Under the pieces are notes generated by a model. That model searched no databases and was not told where the DNA came from. It saw nothing but the letters and a program-made list of their open reading frames with translations. A program made the position numbers and the translations under genes. Positions 1-9,940 of a stretch of 64,000 nt of DNA are shown here, one piece after another. How positions within the stretch are numbered: the first letter of the stretch is position 1; the number at the start of each line of letters is the position of its first letter. The DNA lies in the NCBI GenBank assembly GCA_017303895.1, contig JAFLBF010000003.1:181694-245693 (forward strand). Direction: 5' to 3'. The stretch is from Bacteroidota bacterium. GTDB lineage: Bacteria; Bacteroidota; Bacteroidia; 2-12-FULL-35-15.

Positions 1-42
1 CATGATTACTTATTGTAACGATAAAAAAGTAGTTCGGTTACA

Positions 43-585
43 TTAAAATTGACTGTTGAAATTTTTGAATATTTCTCCGGCCTTATCTTTTTCAGATAAT
101 ATCGGGTTGTTGATATTCCAATCAATGTGAAGATCCGAGTCATTCCACAAAATACAGCCTTCAGATGCCTTGTTGTAGTAGTTTGTACACTTGTAACTAA
201 AAATTGTATTGTTTTCGAGTGTTAAAAATCCGTGTGCAAATCCTTCCGGGATCCAAAATTGTGTTTTGTTTTGTTCGTTAAGTGTTATTGCAAAATGTTC
301 TCCGTATGTTTTTGAGTTCTTTCTAATGTCTACAGCAATGTCTAGTACAGATCCTTTGATTACTCGAACCAGTTTCCCTTGTGCAAAAGGTGGATTTTGA
401 AAGTGAAGCCCTCTCAGAACACCTGCCTGTGACAATGATTGATTGTCTTGTACAAAATCTACATTAATTCCATTTTGTAGAAAAACATTTTTATTATACG
501 ATTCAAAAAAATGACCTCTATCGTCTTCGAATACTTTTGGTTGAATAATTAATAATCCTTCTAAAGGAGTTTTTGTAATTTCCAT
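43..585 (-). CDS. rfbC: dTDP-4-dehydrorhamnose 3,5-epimerase
   Basis: 180-aa ORF with a cupin fold and RmlC-type motifs (RGLHFQ, WIPEGFAHGF). It lies 1 nt downstream of the Wzc-like gene on the same strand. Confidence 0.9.
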   Translation of the reverse strand: MEITKTPLEGLLIIQPKVFEDDRGHFFESYNKNVFLQNGINVDFVQDNQSLSQAGVLRGLHFQNPPFAQGKLVRVIKGSVLDIAVDIRKNSKTYGEHFAITLNEQNKTQFWIPEGFAHGFLTLENNTIFSYKCTNYYNKASEGCILWNDSDLHIDWNINNPILSEKDKAGEIFKNFNSQF

Positions 586-586
586 A

Positions 587-3034
587 CTATGTTTTCTTGA
601 AAAAAGAACGTTTTTTTATTCTACTGGATTTAGCTCCGTCATCGTAATAACCATACCCATAACCATACCCATATCCGTATCCATAGCCATAATTATATCC
701 GTAGCTTTTTCGCTCTATATCAACCCCATTAAGGATCACGGACAATTTTTTAATATTAGCTTCATTGAATAAACGATCTACATTCTGAATGAAATTGCGT
801 TTAGAATAATCAGCTCTGAAAATATAAATTGGATAATCAGCTTTTTGGATCATTGCAATACCATCGCTTACAAGACCTACAGGAGGATTGTCAATAATAA
901 CAATATCGTATGTGGTTTTTAAGTGCATAACGATATCTTCCATTCTCTGGCTAATGATAAGCTCAGAAGGATTAGGAGGAATAGGTCCAGCGGTAATAAA
1001 ATCTAAATTATCTAAACCACTGTGTTTAATTGCTGAATGCAACTCATCTTTTCCAATGAGAAGAGTACTCATTCCAATTGAGTTATCGGCATTAAATCCT
1101 AAGTGTATTTTCGGCTTACGCATGTCTAAGTCGAGAATAATGACTTTCTTGCCGGAGAAAGCAATTATTCCGGCTAAATTTATTGCTACAAAGGTTTTTC
1201 CTTCTCCTGAAATGGTTGATGTAAGAGCAATGACTTTTGCTCCTGGCTCATTGGAAATAAACTGAAGATTAGATCTAATTGAACGAAAAGCTTCTGCTAC
1301 AAGAGATTTTGGGTTTTTATCAACTAATAGCTGTGATATAGGGATATTTTGATTCGACTTTGGAATAATTCCTAGAATACTAATTGACGCGTGTGTATGC
1401 TTGGTTATTTCATTAAGAGATGTAATTTCATTATGTGCCAGATATTTTATAACAATTAAAACAAGGCTTATTAGTAAGGCTGCTAATGAATAGCCAATGA
1501 ATGTTACTTTTCTGTTAGGTGAGATTGGAGAAGAGGGTACCATCGCTTTTTCAAGAACAAGATTTTGTGAAACAAATCCTGCTTTTGAAATCGAATACTC
1601 TGTTTTTTTCTCTAAAAGCAATGTGTAATATTTTTCATTGATCGTGTAGAGACGCTGTAATCTGGCATATTCTACTTCATTTTCCGGTAATTCTTTGAAT
1701 TTTCCTTCAAACTCTAATGTTTTACTCTGTAGATCTTTTTTTCTAATGCTTAGATTTTCTTTTACACTTTTGATACTTTCTTTTAATAGATTTTTTTGAA
1801 TGTTGATCTGATAATCAATTGCTTTAATTGCCTCACTATTTGGAGTTACTTCGTAAAGCATTTCTTCTTTTTGAATCAGAAGTTTGTGCAAGCTATTGAC
1901 TGCGGTTGAAATGTTACTTTCTAAACTTGTACCTGCCAGCATTGCTAGCAAACTATACGTGTCAATTGCTTTTGAATTGGAGATGTTCTTTTCGATCTTA
2001 GAAAGCACACTTTCCTCCATTTCTAATGCAATGATTTGGTCGTCAAGTCCATTTAATCTGGTTATGTTTGTTGTAGTAATGTCTTGATTTTCGTTGACCT
2101 TGTTTGTTTTTTTGAATTCTTGGATAGAATTTTCAGAGTCTTTTAACCGGTCATATACAACATCTAATTGTTGATCGATGAATCCTATAATACTTTTTGA
2201 ACTTTCACTTTTTCTTTCAACATCAAAGTTGGTGTATTCATCGGTTATAGCATTAATAATGTCAGTAGTCTTCAATGCATTTTGATCTTTGTAGGAGATC
2301 AGAATAGTTTTAGCTGCCTCATTAAGGAGTTTAACATCAAGCTTTTGAGAACAGTCGCTAACCATTCCATCTAAGCTATTGATGACAAAATAGGTGAGAT
2401 TTTGCTTCATTTGATTGCTCAGATTTTGTATCTGTGCAAAGTTGAGTAGGTTGATTTTAATATCAATTTCTGGTAGTTGAATCCAATCGCCAGTCTTGAA
2501 CTCTTTTTTAAATTCAATTTTATTTTTAATGATTTCAATATATCCTGTAGTAGCAGAATTAAAGTGAACATAAATTTTTTGACCGATAATGCTCTCATCT
2601 TTAATTTTGTAGTCCACATGAAATGGAGATCCTCTGTAAAGTTCATTGGCTTTAAAGGTTCCTTCGTTAAAATATGAAATGTCAAGAGGGAGTTTGTTGA
2701 TCACTCGTTTTAAAAACACCTTCGATCTTAATAATTCGATAGCCTCAGAAAGTTCATTCCTGTTTTCATAGATATTCTCAACATTCAACACTTTGTTAGC
2801 CTGGTTGCTTGTCTGAATTTGTATGATACTATGTGATTCATAAGTAGGTGGAGTATATCTAAGGTAGAGGTAAGAAGCCGTTATAGCAAGAAAAAAAAGA
2901 GTGATCACCCAAATTAGATTTTTGCGTGCAATAAAAAGAAACAAACCCAACTCAAACTCACCACTGAAGTTGGAGATACGTTCCTTGTAGCGCTCAAAAT
3001 TCTCGCTGGTTTTTGATATGTCTTCTTGCAGCAT
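587..3034 (-). CDS. Polysaccharide chain-length determinant fused to a BY tyrosine kinase (Wzc/GumC-like)
   Basis: 815 aa. It has an N-terminal TM segment, a long coiled-coil region and a second TM (LAALLISLVLIVI). The C-terminal P-loop carries Walker A SGEGKT, Walker A' ILDLDMRKP and Walker B VIIDNPP, followed by a Tyr-rich tail YGYNYGYGYGYGYGYGYGYY. Confidence 0.85.
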   Translation of the reverse strand: MLQEDISKTSENFERYKERISNFSGEFELGLFLFIARKNLIWVITLFFLAITASYLYLRYTPPTYESHSIIQIQTSNQANKVLNVENIYENRNELSEAIELLRSKVFLKRVINKLPLDISYFNEGTFKANELYRGSPFHVDYKIKDESIIGQKIYVHFNSATTGYIEIIKNKIEFKKEFKTGDWIQLPEIDIKINLLNFAQIQNLSNQMKQNLTYFVINSLDGMVSDCSQKLDVKLLNEAAKTILISYKDQNALKTTDIINAITDEYTNFDVERKSESSKSIIGFIDQQLDVVYDRLKDSENSIQEFKKTNKVNENQDITTTNITRLNGLDDQIIALEMEESVLSKIEKNISNSKAIDTYSLLAMLAGTSLESNISTAVNSLHKLLIQKEEMLYEVTPNSEAIKAIDYQINIQKNLLKESIKSVKENLSIRKKDLQSKTLEFEGKFKELPENEVEYARLQRLYTINEKYYTLLLEKKTEYSISKAGFVSQNLVLEKAMVPSSPISPNRKVTFIGYSLAALLISLVLIVIKYLAHNEITSLNEITKHTHASISILGIIPKSNQNIPISQLLVDKNPKSLVAEAFRSIRSNLQFISNEPGAKVIALTSTISGEGKTFVAINLAGIIAFSGKKVIILDLDMRKPKIHLGFNADNSIGMSTLLIGKDELHSAIKHSGLDNLDFITAGPIPPNPSELIISQRMEDIVMHLKTTYDIVIIDNPPVGLVSDGIAMIQKADYPIYIFRADYSKRNFIQNVDRLFNEANIKKLSVILNGVDIERKSYGYNYGYGYGYGYGYGYGYYDDGAKSSRIKKRSFFKKT
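644..703 (-). repeat. In-frame (Tyr-Gly)n hexanucleotide-like microsatellite encoding the Wzc Tyr tail
   Basis: The plus strand reads gtaata acc ata ccc ata acc ata ccc ata tcc gta tcc ata gcc ata att ata tcc gta, which is alternating TAY/GGN codons on the minus strand. Confidence 0.8.
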
Positions 3035-3049
3035 ACTTAAACTTGTCGG

Positions 3050-3814
3050 TTAGGGAGTTACTCTGTCTGCATACCAGATCAGAACTAAAGTGCTGGATAA
3101 TAAACTTAAAATAGGTGTAATCTCAGCCAGCACCTTGGTTGCATATTTTCTACGTGGTTCAACATAAATAATATCGTTGGCTTGTAAAACCATATTGGCA
3201 TATTTAATGCCTTCAATCTTAGAAAGGTCTAAAAGATATACATCGTCTTTTTCCCCATTTTTCCGGATAAGTTTCACAATCTTTGCTTTTCCATCATCAG
3301 CTATTCCACCGGCTAGTGCTAATGCTTCAATTAATGTGGTATTGTTGTTCATAAGTGGGATGACTTTTGCATCGCCTGCACTACCGGGGAAAATAACAAC
3401 ACGTTTATTTTGTACGGTCATTAATACAAATGGCTTAACGTAATAACTGGAATATTTTTCTTCCAGCATCAATTCAGCTTCACGCACGGTCAATCCACTT
3501 ATTTTTGTTCTGCCAAGTATGGGTAGCTTAACATTGCCATCGTATTCTACCAGAAAATCCATACGGTTATTCATTTGGTAGTCACGATTTGTTTGATTTA
3601 ACGAGGTTAAGTCGATCAATTTGAATCCATCATTTGAGAATATCCTGAACTCAATGAGGTCGTTGGCCGCAATGATGTAGTCTTTCGCTTTTGTTGAGTC
3701 CGGAAGTTTTGAATATTGATAGTCTTTCTTGGTTTTAAGCATAATGCTTGAATTCAGCCATCCGCAGCTTGAAAAAAGCATAGCAATTCCTGCCAATAGA
3801 AGTAGTTTGCGCAT
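3050..3814 (-). CDS. Polysaccharide export outer-membrane lipoprotein (Wza / Poly_export + SLBB family)
   Basis: The sequence is typical of BexD/CtrA/Wza exporters. I place the start at the ATG at 3814 (MRKLLLLAGIAMLFSSC lipobox), not at the TTG at 3835 used by the ORF track. It lies directly upstream of the Wzc-like gene. Confidence 0.8.
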   Translation of the reverse strand: MRKLLLLAGIAMLFSSCGWLNSSIMLKTKKDYQYSKLPDSTKAKDYIIAANDLIEFRIFSNDGFKLIDLTSLNQTNRDYQMNNRMDFLVEYDGNVKLPILGRTKISGLTVREAELMLEEKYSSYYVKPFVLMTVQNKRVVIFPGSAGDAKVIPLMNNNTTLIEALALAGGIADDGKAKIVKLIRKNGEKDDVYLLDLSKIEGIKYANMVLQANDIIYVEPRRKYATKVLAEITPILSLLSSTLVLIWYADRVTP

Positions 3815-3881
3815 AATTGTTTGTAATAATAACAAACAAAGTTAAAAAAAAACCTGAAATGCCCTAAAATTAATATAGAAA

Positions 3882-5084
3882 CTACTTTTTTAAGAGCTTT
3901 TTATACAACTGCTCCATATCGGATACTAAGCGGGTATAATGAAACTTCTCTTTCACATGCCCCCAGCCTTTGTTAGCCATTAAAGCTCGCAAAGAATCGT
4001 TCTCAATAATTTTCAATAATTGAGCGCTAAACTCTGCTAAATTGTCATTAGAGCATAGAAGTGCGGTTTGCCCCGGTAGAACCACATTTTCAATTCCTCC
4101 CACATTGGTGGAAACGATCGCTTTATTAGCTGCTTGCGCTTCTATTAAACTTACCGGAGTCCCTTCATTAAAGGATGTGAGGGCAACGATATCACTGCCA
4201 GCCAAGGCAACATCAATATCTTTGATCCAGGAGGTAAATGTGAGCAAGCGTCTTTCATCTAAATGATGTTCAGTTGTAAATGGAATTTCTAATTCTTTGG
4301 CTTTTGCTTCTATTTCTGCGCGGGACTCTCCATCTCCTATAATAAAGGCTCTGATCTTTTTATTCGTTTTTAGCGAAACGTTTTTTAGTCCTTCCAAAAA
4401 CAGAGCATGATTTTTTACAGGAACCAACCTTCCAATGATCGAAATAGCAATTTCATCATCGGATAAATGATACTTTTCGCGGAAAGTTTTGCGTTTATTT
4501 TCTTTGTTTTCCTGAAATTTGGATAGATCAAACCCTAATGGCACAATGTGTACTTTCTCAGCTTGACAAATTTTATGTATTTCAACTAATTCTTGTTTTT
4601 GTTTTTCACTAATTGCAATGATCGCTGTAGATCGTTTTGCTAAAAAACGTTCGATGTTCTTATAAAATGTAGTCTTTAATTTTCCAAAATAGGAATGAAA
4701 AACATGCCCATGGAATGTATGCACGATTATAGGAACTTTGCATGAATAAGCTGCTAAACGTCCTAATGTTCCGGCTTTTGATGCATGTGTGTGTACAATG
4801 TCGGGTTGATATTCGCGAATTATTGTTTTGATCTTTTTGTAGGCCGTATAATCATTTTTGATCTCGATCTCCCGCTTCATTTCTTCAACAATAATTGGTT
4901 TTAGTCCCAAATTGTTGACAATAAAATCAGAACTCTCTTCGGTTTCATCTTTTGCTCCACCAACCAATAAGGTTTCGAAATCATCAGACATGTATTTACT
5001 TAAGTAAGCTACATTGTATGTTGGACCGCCCAAATTAAAGCGGTTGATAATACGAAGTATTTTTATTTTTTTCTTTGTCAGCAT
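3882..5084 (-). CDS. Glycosyltransferase family 4 (GT-B)
   Basis: 400 aa with an E-x7-E type motif (FNEGTPVSLIEAQAA) and an N-terminal GT4 'GGP' segment. Its start abuts the asnB stop (5084/5085). Confidence 0.85.
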   Translation of the reverse strand: MLTKKKIKILRIINRFNLGGPTYNVAYLSKYMSDDFETLLVGGAKDETEESSDFIVNNLGLKPIIVEEMKREIEIKNDYTAYKKIKTIIREYQPDIVHTHASKAGTLGRLAAYSCKVPIIVHTFHGHVFHSYFGKLKTTFYKNIERFLAKRSTAIIAISEKQKQELVEIHKICQAEKVHIVPLGFDLSKFQENKENKRKTFREKYHLSDDEIAISIIGRLVPVKNHALFLEGLKNVSLKTNKKIRAFIIGDGESRAEIEAKAKELEIPFTTEHHLDERRLLTFTSWIKDIDVALAGSDIVALTSFNEGTPVSLIEAQAANKAIVSTNVGGIENVVLPGQTALLCSNDNLAEFSAQLLKIIENDSLRALMANKGWGHVKEKFHYTRLVSDMEQLYKKLLKK

Positions 5085-6971
5085 TTAATTGCAATATTTC
5101 TTCCACCAGAATTGAAATACGATCAAAGCCCAAACCTTCTCCACCGCATCATTCGGATTACTACTCATTAGTTGTTTCTTTAGTTGTTGGATCGTACTTA
5201 AATTAAAGATGTTTTGTTCTATTATAAACTGATCATCCAGCAATTCATTGGTGATCATGGATCTCAGGTCTGTTCTAAACCATTTTAGCAAAGGTACTTC
5301 AAAGCCTTTTTTTCCTCTTCCCATTAATTCTAGGGGTAATTCTTTAGCGAATGTTTCTTTTAAGATCTTTTTTCTTTGTTCCCCATCTATTTTAAAATGA
5401 GCCGGAAGTGAAAATGCAAAATCAACAACTTTCTGATCTAAAAATGGAACTCTCACTTCCAAACTCTGATTCATACTCATGCGGTCTATTTTCACCAGCA
5501 TATCGTTTTCAAGCACCAATAACATGTCGGTGTGCAAAACAGAATTATAGTCAGCATTTATATGTTTTAGTAGTTCTTTTTTTCTCTGCTCAAAAAGTTG
5601 TTGATCTCCTTGTACTATTGATCTAAATAATTCTCCGGCTTTAAAGCCCGACCATTTGGCCCATTGCCAGTATCTTTCAGCCGGACTCAGCTTCATGCCC
5701 TCTGCAAATTTTTCCAGCTGGCGGATCTTGTTTCCTGCTTTTGTGTTTCTTGACTTTGGTAATTGTTTTAATACCGGATGGCTGGCCTTTACAAGTTTGG
5801 TAGTAAAACCACTATGACGTGCTTTTAACTCAGCTGCATGTTTGTTGTAGCCTGCAAATAATTCATCCGCTCCATCACCTGAAAGTGCTACCGTAACATG
5901 CTTTTTTGTATGCATGCTTAATATGTTCACCGCTAATGCCGATGAATCGGCAAAAGGCTCGTCAATATATTCTAAAACAGTATGCAGGTTTTCGTAAAGA
6001 TCATTGTTGCTTAAACTAAATACCGTATGTTCTGTATTGTGTTTCTTTGCTACCAATTGAGCAAAACTAGTTTCATCGAATAAAGGTTCATCTTTATATC
6101 CGATCGAGAAGGTATTTAGCTTTTGCGTATGTTTAGCTGCTAAAGCTGTAATGATGGAGGAATCGATGCCTCCACTCAAGAATGTTCCCAAAGGAACATC
6201 GGCCACCAGTCTGTTTTTTACGGACTCCTCTAAAAGTTGATGAAGTTCTTTTTTTGCTGTTTCGTAGTTGTTTTCTTGTTTGCTAGTAGCAATTTCAGGA
6301 ATTGAATAGTAGGTACATTTTGTCGTGTTGCCTTTGTTGTCAAGGATCATAAAACTCCCTGCATCTAATTTTAAAACATGCTCAAAAATAGAGTAGGGGG
6401 CAGGAATGTAGTTAAGATGAAAATAGGTTTGCAAAGCTACTTTGTCTATTTGGCGAAGGATGCCAAATTCTAATAATGACTTTAACTCGGATGCAAAAAC
6501 AAATTTATCCTCATCTTGAAAATAGTATAAAGGTTTTATTCCAAAACGGTCGCGGGCAAGGAACATTGTTTCTGTTTCTTTATCATAAATTGCAAAGGCA
6601 AACTCACCGTCCAGTCTTTCTAAACACTTTTCCTTATATTCTATATACAAGGTTAGTAAGACTTCGGTATCACTTTGTGAGCGGAAGGTATATCCTTTTT
6701 GCTCGAGTACTTTTTTTAAAGATCTGTAGTTAAAGATCTCCCCGTTAAAAACGATGGTGTATCTTTTTGAAGGATCACTGAATGGTTGTGCCGCTGCATT
6801 ACTCGTGTCAATGATCGATAATCTACGATGTCCTAATGCGCAATTTTTATTAAAGTAAATTCCTTCCCCATCAGGTCCACGCTTTAATAAAGCATAGGTA
6901 GCTGCACTTATGTTGGATAAGTGTTTTGTACCCTCTTCATTGAATGCCAATATCCCGGTTATGCCACACAT
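5085..6971 (-). CDS. asnB: Asparagine synthase (glutamine-hydrolysing), EPS-locus type amidotransferase
   Basis: 628 aa with an N-terminal MCGI Ntn-glutaminase Cys and the PP-loop SGGIDSS. Confidence 0.9.
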   Translation of the reverse strand: MCGITGILAFNEEGTKHLSNISAATYALLKRGPDGEGIYFNKNCALGHRRLSIIDTSNAAAQPFSDPSKRYTIVFNGEIFNYRSLKKVLEQKGYTFRSQSDTEVLLTLYIEYKEKCLERLDGEFAFAIYDKETETMFLARDRFGIKPLYYFQDEDKFVFASELKSLLEFGILRQIDKVALQTYFHLNYIPAPYSIFEHVLKLDAGSFMILDNKGNTTKCTYYSIPEIATSKQENNYETAKKELHQLLEESVKNRLVADVPLGTFLSGGIDSSIITALAAKHTQKLNTFSIGYKDEPLFDETSFAQLVAKKHNTEHTVFSLSNNDLYENLHTVLEYIDEPFADSSALAVNILSMHTKKHVTVALSGDGADELFAGYNKHAAELKARHSGFTTKLVKASHPVLKQLPKSRNTKAGNKIRQLEKFAEGMKLSPAERYWQWAKWSGFKAGELFRSIVQGDQQLFEQRKKELLKHINADYNSVLHTDMLLVLENDMLVKIDRMSMNQSLEVRVPFLDQKVVDFAFSLPAHFKIDGEQRKKILKETFAKELPLELMGRGKKGFEVPLLKWFRTDLRSMITNELLDDQFIIEQNIFNLSTIQQLKKQLMSSNPNDAVEKVWALIVFQFWWKKYCN

Positions 6972-6972
6972 A

Positions 6973-7716
6973 TTATTTCACTTTAAACACAACCCAATTG
7001 CATTGCTTCTCCGTCTCGGTCCTTATTCTTCCAATGGTCGTTATTTTGCCGGATACAGGGTCTCTGTACCAGCCTTCATCCCAACTGCCCATGTCGGTAT
7101 ACAAGGCATCAATTACACCTAGTTCCAATAGATCTTTTGTAAATGCAGCTAATGTGACGTGTTCAAATGATTCTATCATAGCTGTTTTGTTTCCTTTTAA
7201 TTTTACTATGGCTCTACGCTGAAATAATTTAGTATCCTTATAAGTGGCTCCTTTTCCTTTTTCGATCATTTGTATCTGTTGGAACAAGGATCCTTTTTTA
7301 TTGACAATATGATCGATAAGGGAGTCCGTCAATAGTTTTCCTTTTCCTGAAGGGAAGATCTCGCAATCTCCTTGAACGATCTTTATTGCTCCACCTAAGG
7401 AATGATTTATTTTGTCCTTGTTATATACTTTTCCCTTATCGATGTAAAGACCATCCACTTTTAAAGTTTGTAGGTCGGTATAGGCACCGGGTATGCAGAG
7501 AAGTATATTGTTATCGTTTTTCGATGGACGCGTTAGTGACACATCCATCAGTAAGCTGTTTTTAAAAAACAATGTGTAGTTATATCCTGAACTAGCTTTT
7601 TTGTGTTCTACTTCGAGATTGTTTGTTGCAATTTTTGTGTTCCTGAATCCGAATACACTAATAGTCGTAACCATTGTTACGATCAAACCCAGTAGGATAT
7701 AGTGTATCTTCTTCAT
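6973..7716 (-). CDS. Secreted protein, phosphodiester glycosidase (NAGPA/DUF2233)-like
   Basis: 247 aa with an N-terminal TM/signal segment. The family call is from recollection of sequence character only. There is a 1-nt gap to asnB, so the two are likely co-transcribed. Confidence 0.45.
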   Translation of the reverse strand: MKKIHYILLGLIVTMVTTISVFGFRNTKIATNNLEVEHKKASSGYNYTLFFKNSLLMDVSLTRPSKNDNNILLCIPGAYTDLQTLKVDGLYIDKGKVYNKDKINHSLGGAIKIVQGDCEIFPSGKGKLLTDSLIDHIVNKKGSLFQQIQMIEKGKGATYKDTKLFQRRAIVKLKGNKTAMIESFEHVTLAAFTKDLLELGVIDALYTDMGSWDEGWYRDPVSGKITTIGRIRTETEKQCNWVVFKVK

Positions 7717-7820
7717 GGAATGGAGTAAGTTTTGTGAAAAACTTTGTTAATATACTAAAAATGCCTTGAGCAAAGGTAGGCTTTTTATTCGTTTTCTTTG
7801 TTTGTACAAAAAAGAAAAGT

Positions 7821-9290
7821 ATGTCGCCATCATTGATCCTCTTCAGTATTCTTGGGTATTTTATGTTGCTCATGATGATCGCATGGTACACTTCGCGTAA
7901 TGCAGATAATAATGCCTACTTTTTAGGGAGTAAATCTTCTCCCTGGTATGCAGTTGCTTTTGGAATGATAGGCGATTCATTGTCAGGAGTAACATTCATA
8001 TCACTCCCTGGAACCGTTAATACAAGTCAATTTTCCTACATGCAAATGGTCTTGGGTTATCTGGTAGGCTATCTGATCATTGCTAAAATTTTGTTACCGC
8101 TTTATTACCGGTTAAATTTAACTTCCATCTATAGCTATCTGAATGAGCGTTTCGGAAATTTTTCTCAAAAAACAGGATCGTTCTATTTTTTAATATCACG
8201 TATTATAGGTGCTGCCTTGCGTTTGTATTTGGCTGCCGGGGTTATTCAATTGTTTGTCTTCGATAGCTACGGAATTCCATTTTTTGTAACTGTGGCTATC
8301 ATTATCATTTTGATGTTGTTGTACACCTATCGTGGTGGAATAAAGACATTGGTATGGACTGATACGCTTCAATCGGGATTATTGCTGTTAGGGGTAATAC
8401 TATCCATTACAGCCATTATGAGTCACATGAATTATAGTTTTTCTGATGTGGTAGCAGAGGTAAAAAACAGTGAATATTCCAAAGTGTTTTTTTGGGACTG
8501 GAAAGAGAAATCGTATTTCTTCAAGCAGTTTGCTAGCGGTGCTTTTATTGCTGTTGTGATGACCGGTCTGGATCAAAATATGATGCAAAAGAACCTCAGC
8601 TGTCCGAATTTAAAAGATGCTCAAAAAAATATTTATTGGTTCAGTATTGTGCTTGTTCTGGTGAATTTATTTTTTCTCTCTTTGGGTGCTTTGTTATACA
8701 TCTATGCACAAAAACAAGGTATTCAATTACCGCTGAATGAAGAAACAGGAAAGGTGATTACCGATAAAGTGTTCCCTACGCTTGCTCTAGGACATTTGGG
8801 AACATTTGCAGCGATTGTATTTATTATTGGTTTAACAGCCGCCACATTTTCAAGTGCCGATTCTGTTTTAACTACTCTAACTACTTCTTTTTGTATCGAT
8901 TTTTTAAGGGTAGATGAAAAAGAACACTTGTCTGAAAAAAGAAAGACATCCATCCGTCACATTGTTCATATTGGTTTTGCTTTTGTGCTTCTCATAACGA
9001 TCTTGCTTTGTGAGGTGGTCCCTAAATCGTCCGTTTTAGATGCCATATTTACTGTGGCAGCGTATACGTATGGACCATTATTGGGACTTTTTTCCTTCGG
9101 ATTGTTTACAAAAATAAGAGTGAAGGATGCGTTTGTTCCTATCGTATCTGTTGTTTCTGTGGGACTTTCATATTTGTTGAGAGAAAACTCGGAACAGTGG
9201 ATGGGGGGCTATAAATTTGGCTATGAGTTATTGCTCATCAATGGCCTTTTCACGTTCTTAGGATTGTGGATCATTTCAAAAAAAGATTAA
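7821..9290 (+). CDS. Sodium:solute symporter family transporter
   Basis: 489 aa and highly hydrophobic, with about 13 predicted TM segments and SSF-like sequence character. Confidence 0.8.
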   Translation: MSPSLILFSILGYFMLLMMIAWYTSRNADNNAYFLGSKSSPWYAVAFGMIGDSLSGVTFISLPGTVNTSQFSYMQMVLGYLVGYLIIAKILLPLYYRLNLTSIYSYLNERFGNFSQKTGSFYFLISRIIGAALRLYLAAGVIQLFVFDSYGIPFFVTVAIIIILMLLYTYRGGIKTLVWTDTLQSGLLLLGVILSITAIMSHMNYSFSDVVAEVKNSEYSKVFFWDWKEKSYFFKQFASGAFIAVVMTGLDQNMMQKNLSCPNLKDAQKNIYWFSIVLVLVNLFFLSLGALLYIYAQKQGIQLPLNEETGKVITDKVFPTLALGHLGTFAAIVFIIGLTAATFSSADSVLTTLTTSFCIDFLRVDEKEHLSEKRKTSIRHIVHIGFAFVLLITILLCEVVPKSSVLDAIFTVAAYTYGPLLGLFSFGLFTKIRVKDAFVPIVSVVSVGLSYLLRENSEQWMGGYKFGYELLLINGLFTFLGLWIISKKD

Positions 9291-9868
9291 TTCTTCTTCT
9301 GGAAAAACCGGAATAAAGAGTCAAACATCGACTGCTTTTTCATGATCCCTTTCCAGCCTTCTCTGATCAAAATAAAACCGGCAATACTGATAAGCACAAA
9401 CGGAGCACTCCATAGTTTTTGATAAGTGCCAACAAGCGTAACGATAACGATTATAAAGCCCAGGAACATTCCGCTTGCGAAAAATAGATTATACAACCAT
9501 GGTGCTTGATTATAATAATCTTCATCTGTTTTTTCCTTGAATACTTTCTTGTAGCTTTCGAAATCGTAATGAAAATTACTTGTATTGGTGTAGGTATCGT
9601 TCTTTACAGAAGATCCATAGTAGTGTTTCTTTCGTTCGGCATCGGCTTTTGTGGCATCCGCATAATTGAGTTTAATGTCGTGCAGGTACCTTTTTTTTTC
9701 ATCGATCAATGTCTCATAGGCCTCATTGATTACTTGAAAAACTTCTTTTGCCTTGGGTGAGTTATTGACATCCGGGTGTACTAATTTGGCTTTGGAACGA
9801 TAGGCCCGTTTAATATCCTCAGTGCTTGCATCCCTTGGAATTTCCAATATTTTATAGAAGTCGTACAA
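9287..9868 (-). CDS. J-domain (DnaJ-like) membrane protein
   Basis: The N-terminal J domain has the HPD motif (KLVHPDVN), and there are two C-terminal TM helices. The start appears to be TTG at 9868, with no in-frame ATG upstream before a stop. Confidence 0.75.
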   Translation of the reverse strand: MYDFYKILEIPRDASTEDIKRAYRSKAKLVHPDVNNSPKAKEVFQVINEAYETLIDEKKRYLHDIKLNYADATKADAERKKHYYGSSVKNDTYTNTSNFHYDFESYKKVFKEKTDEDYYNQAPWLYNLFFASGMFLGFIIVIVTLVGTYQKLWSAPFVLISIAGFILIREGWKGIMKKQSMFDSLFRFFQKKN

Positions 9869-9940
9869 ATCCGATTTTTTGATAGTATAAATTTATGGAA
9901 TTATTTGATTTAAACGTCTATCCACAAAAAGGAGGATGTT

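Noticed and set aside
1-42. Start of another minus-strand gene at the left edge (cat at 1-3, which is ATG on the minus strand).
   Set aside because: Only the start codon lies within the window, so no coding sequence is available to support a call.
644-703. CRISPR-like or other interspersed repeat arrays. This applies to the YG-coding repeat and to the (GTTGTTR)n arms at 43323-43538.
   Set aside because: Both are short-period, low-complexity coding or spacer repeats. They have no repeat-spacer architecture, and there are no cas genes in the window.
888-1265. 125-aa plus-strand ORF antisense to the Wzc-like gene. Similar long antisense or alternate-frame ORFs occur at 15782-16180, 18032-18472, 19284-19736, 25630-26010, 40737-41057 and 42784-43230.
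   Set aside because: Each lies entirely within a well-supported conserved gene on the opposite strand. Their compositions are low-complexity or hydrophobic, typical of shadow frames, and none has an independent promoter or terminator signal.
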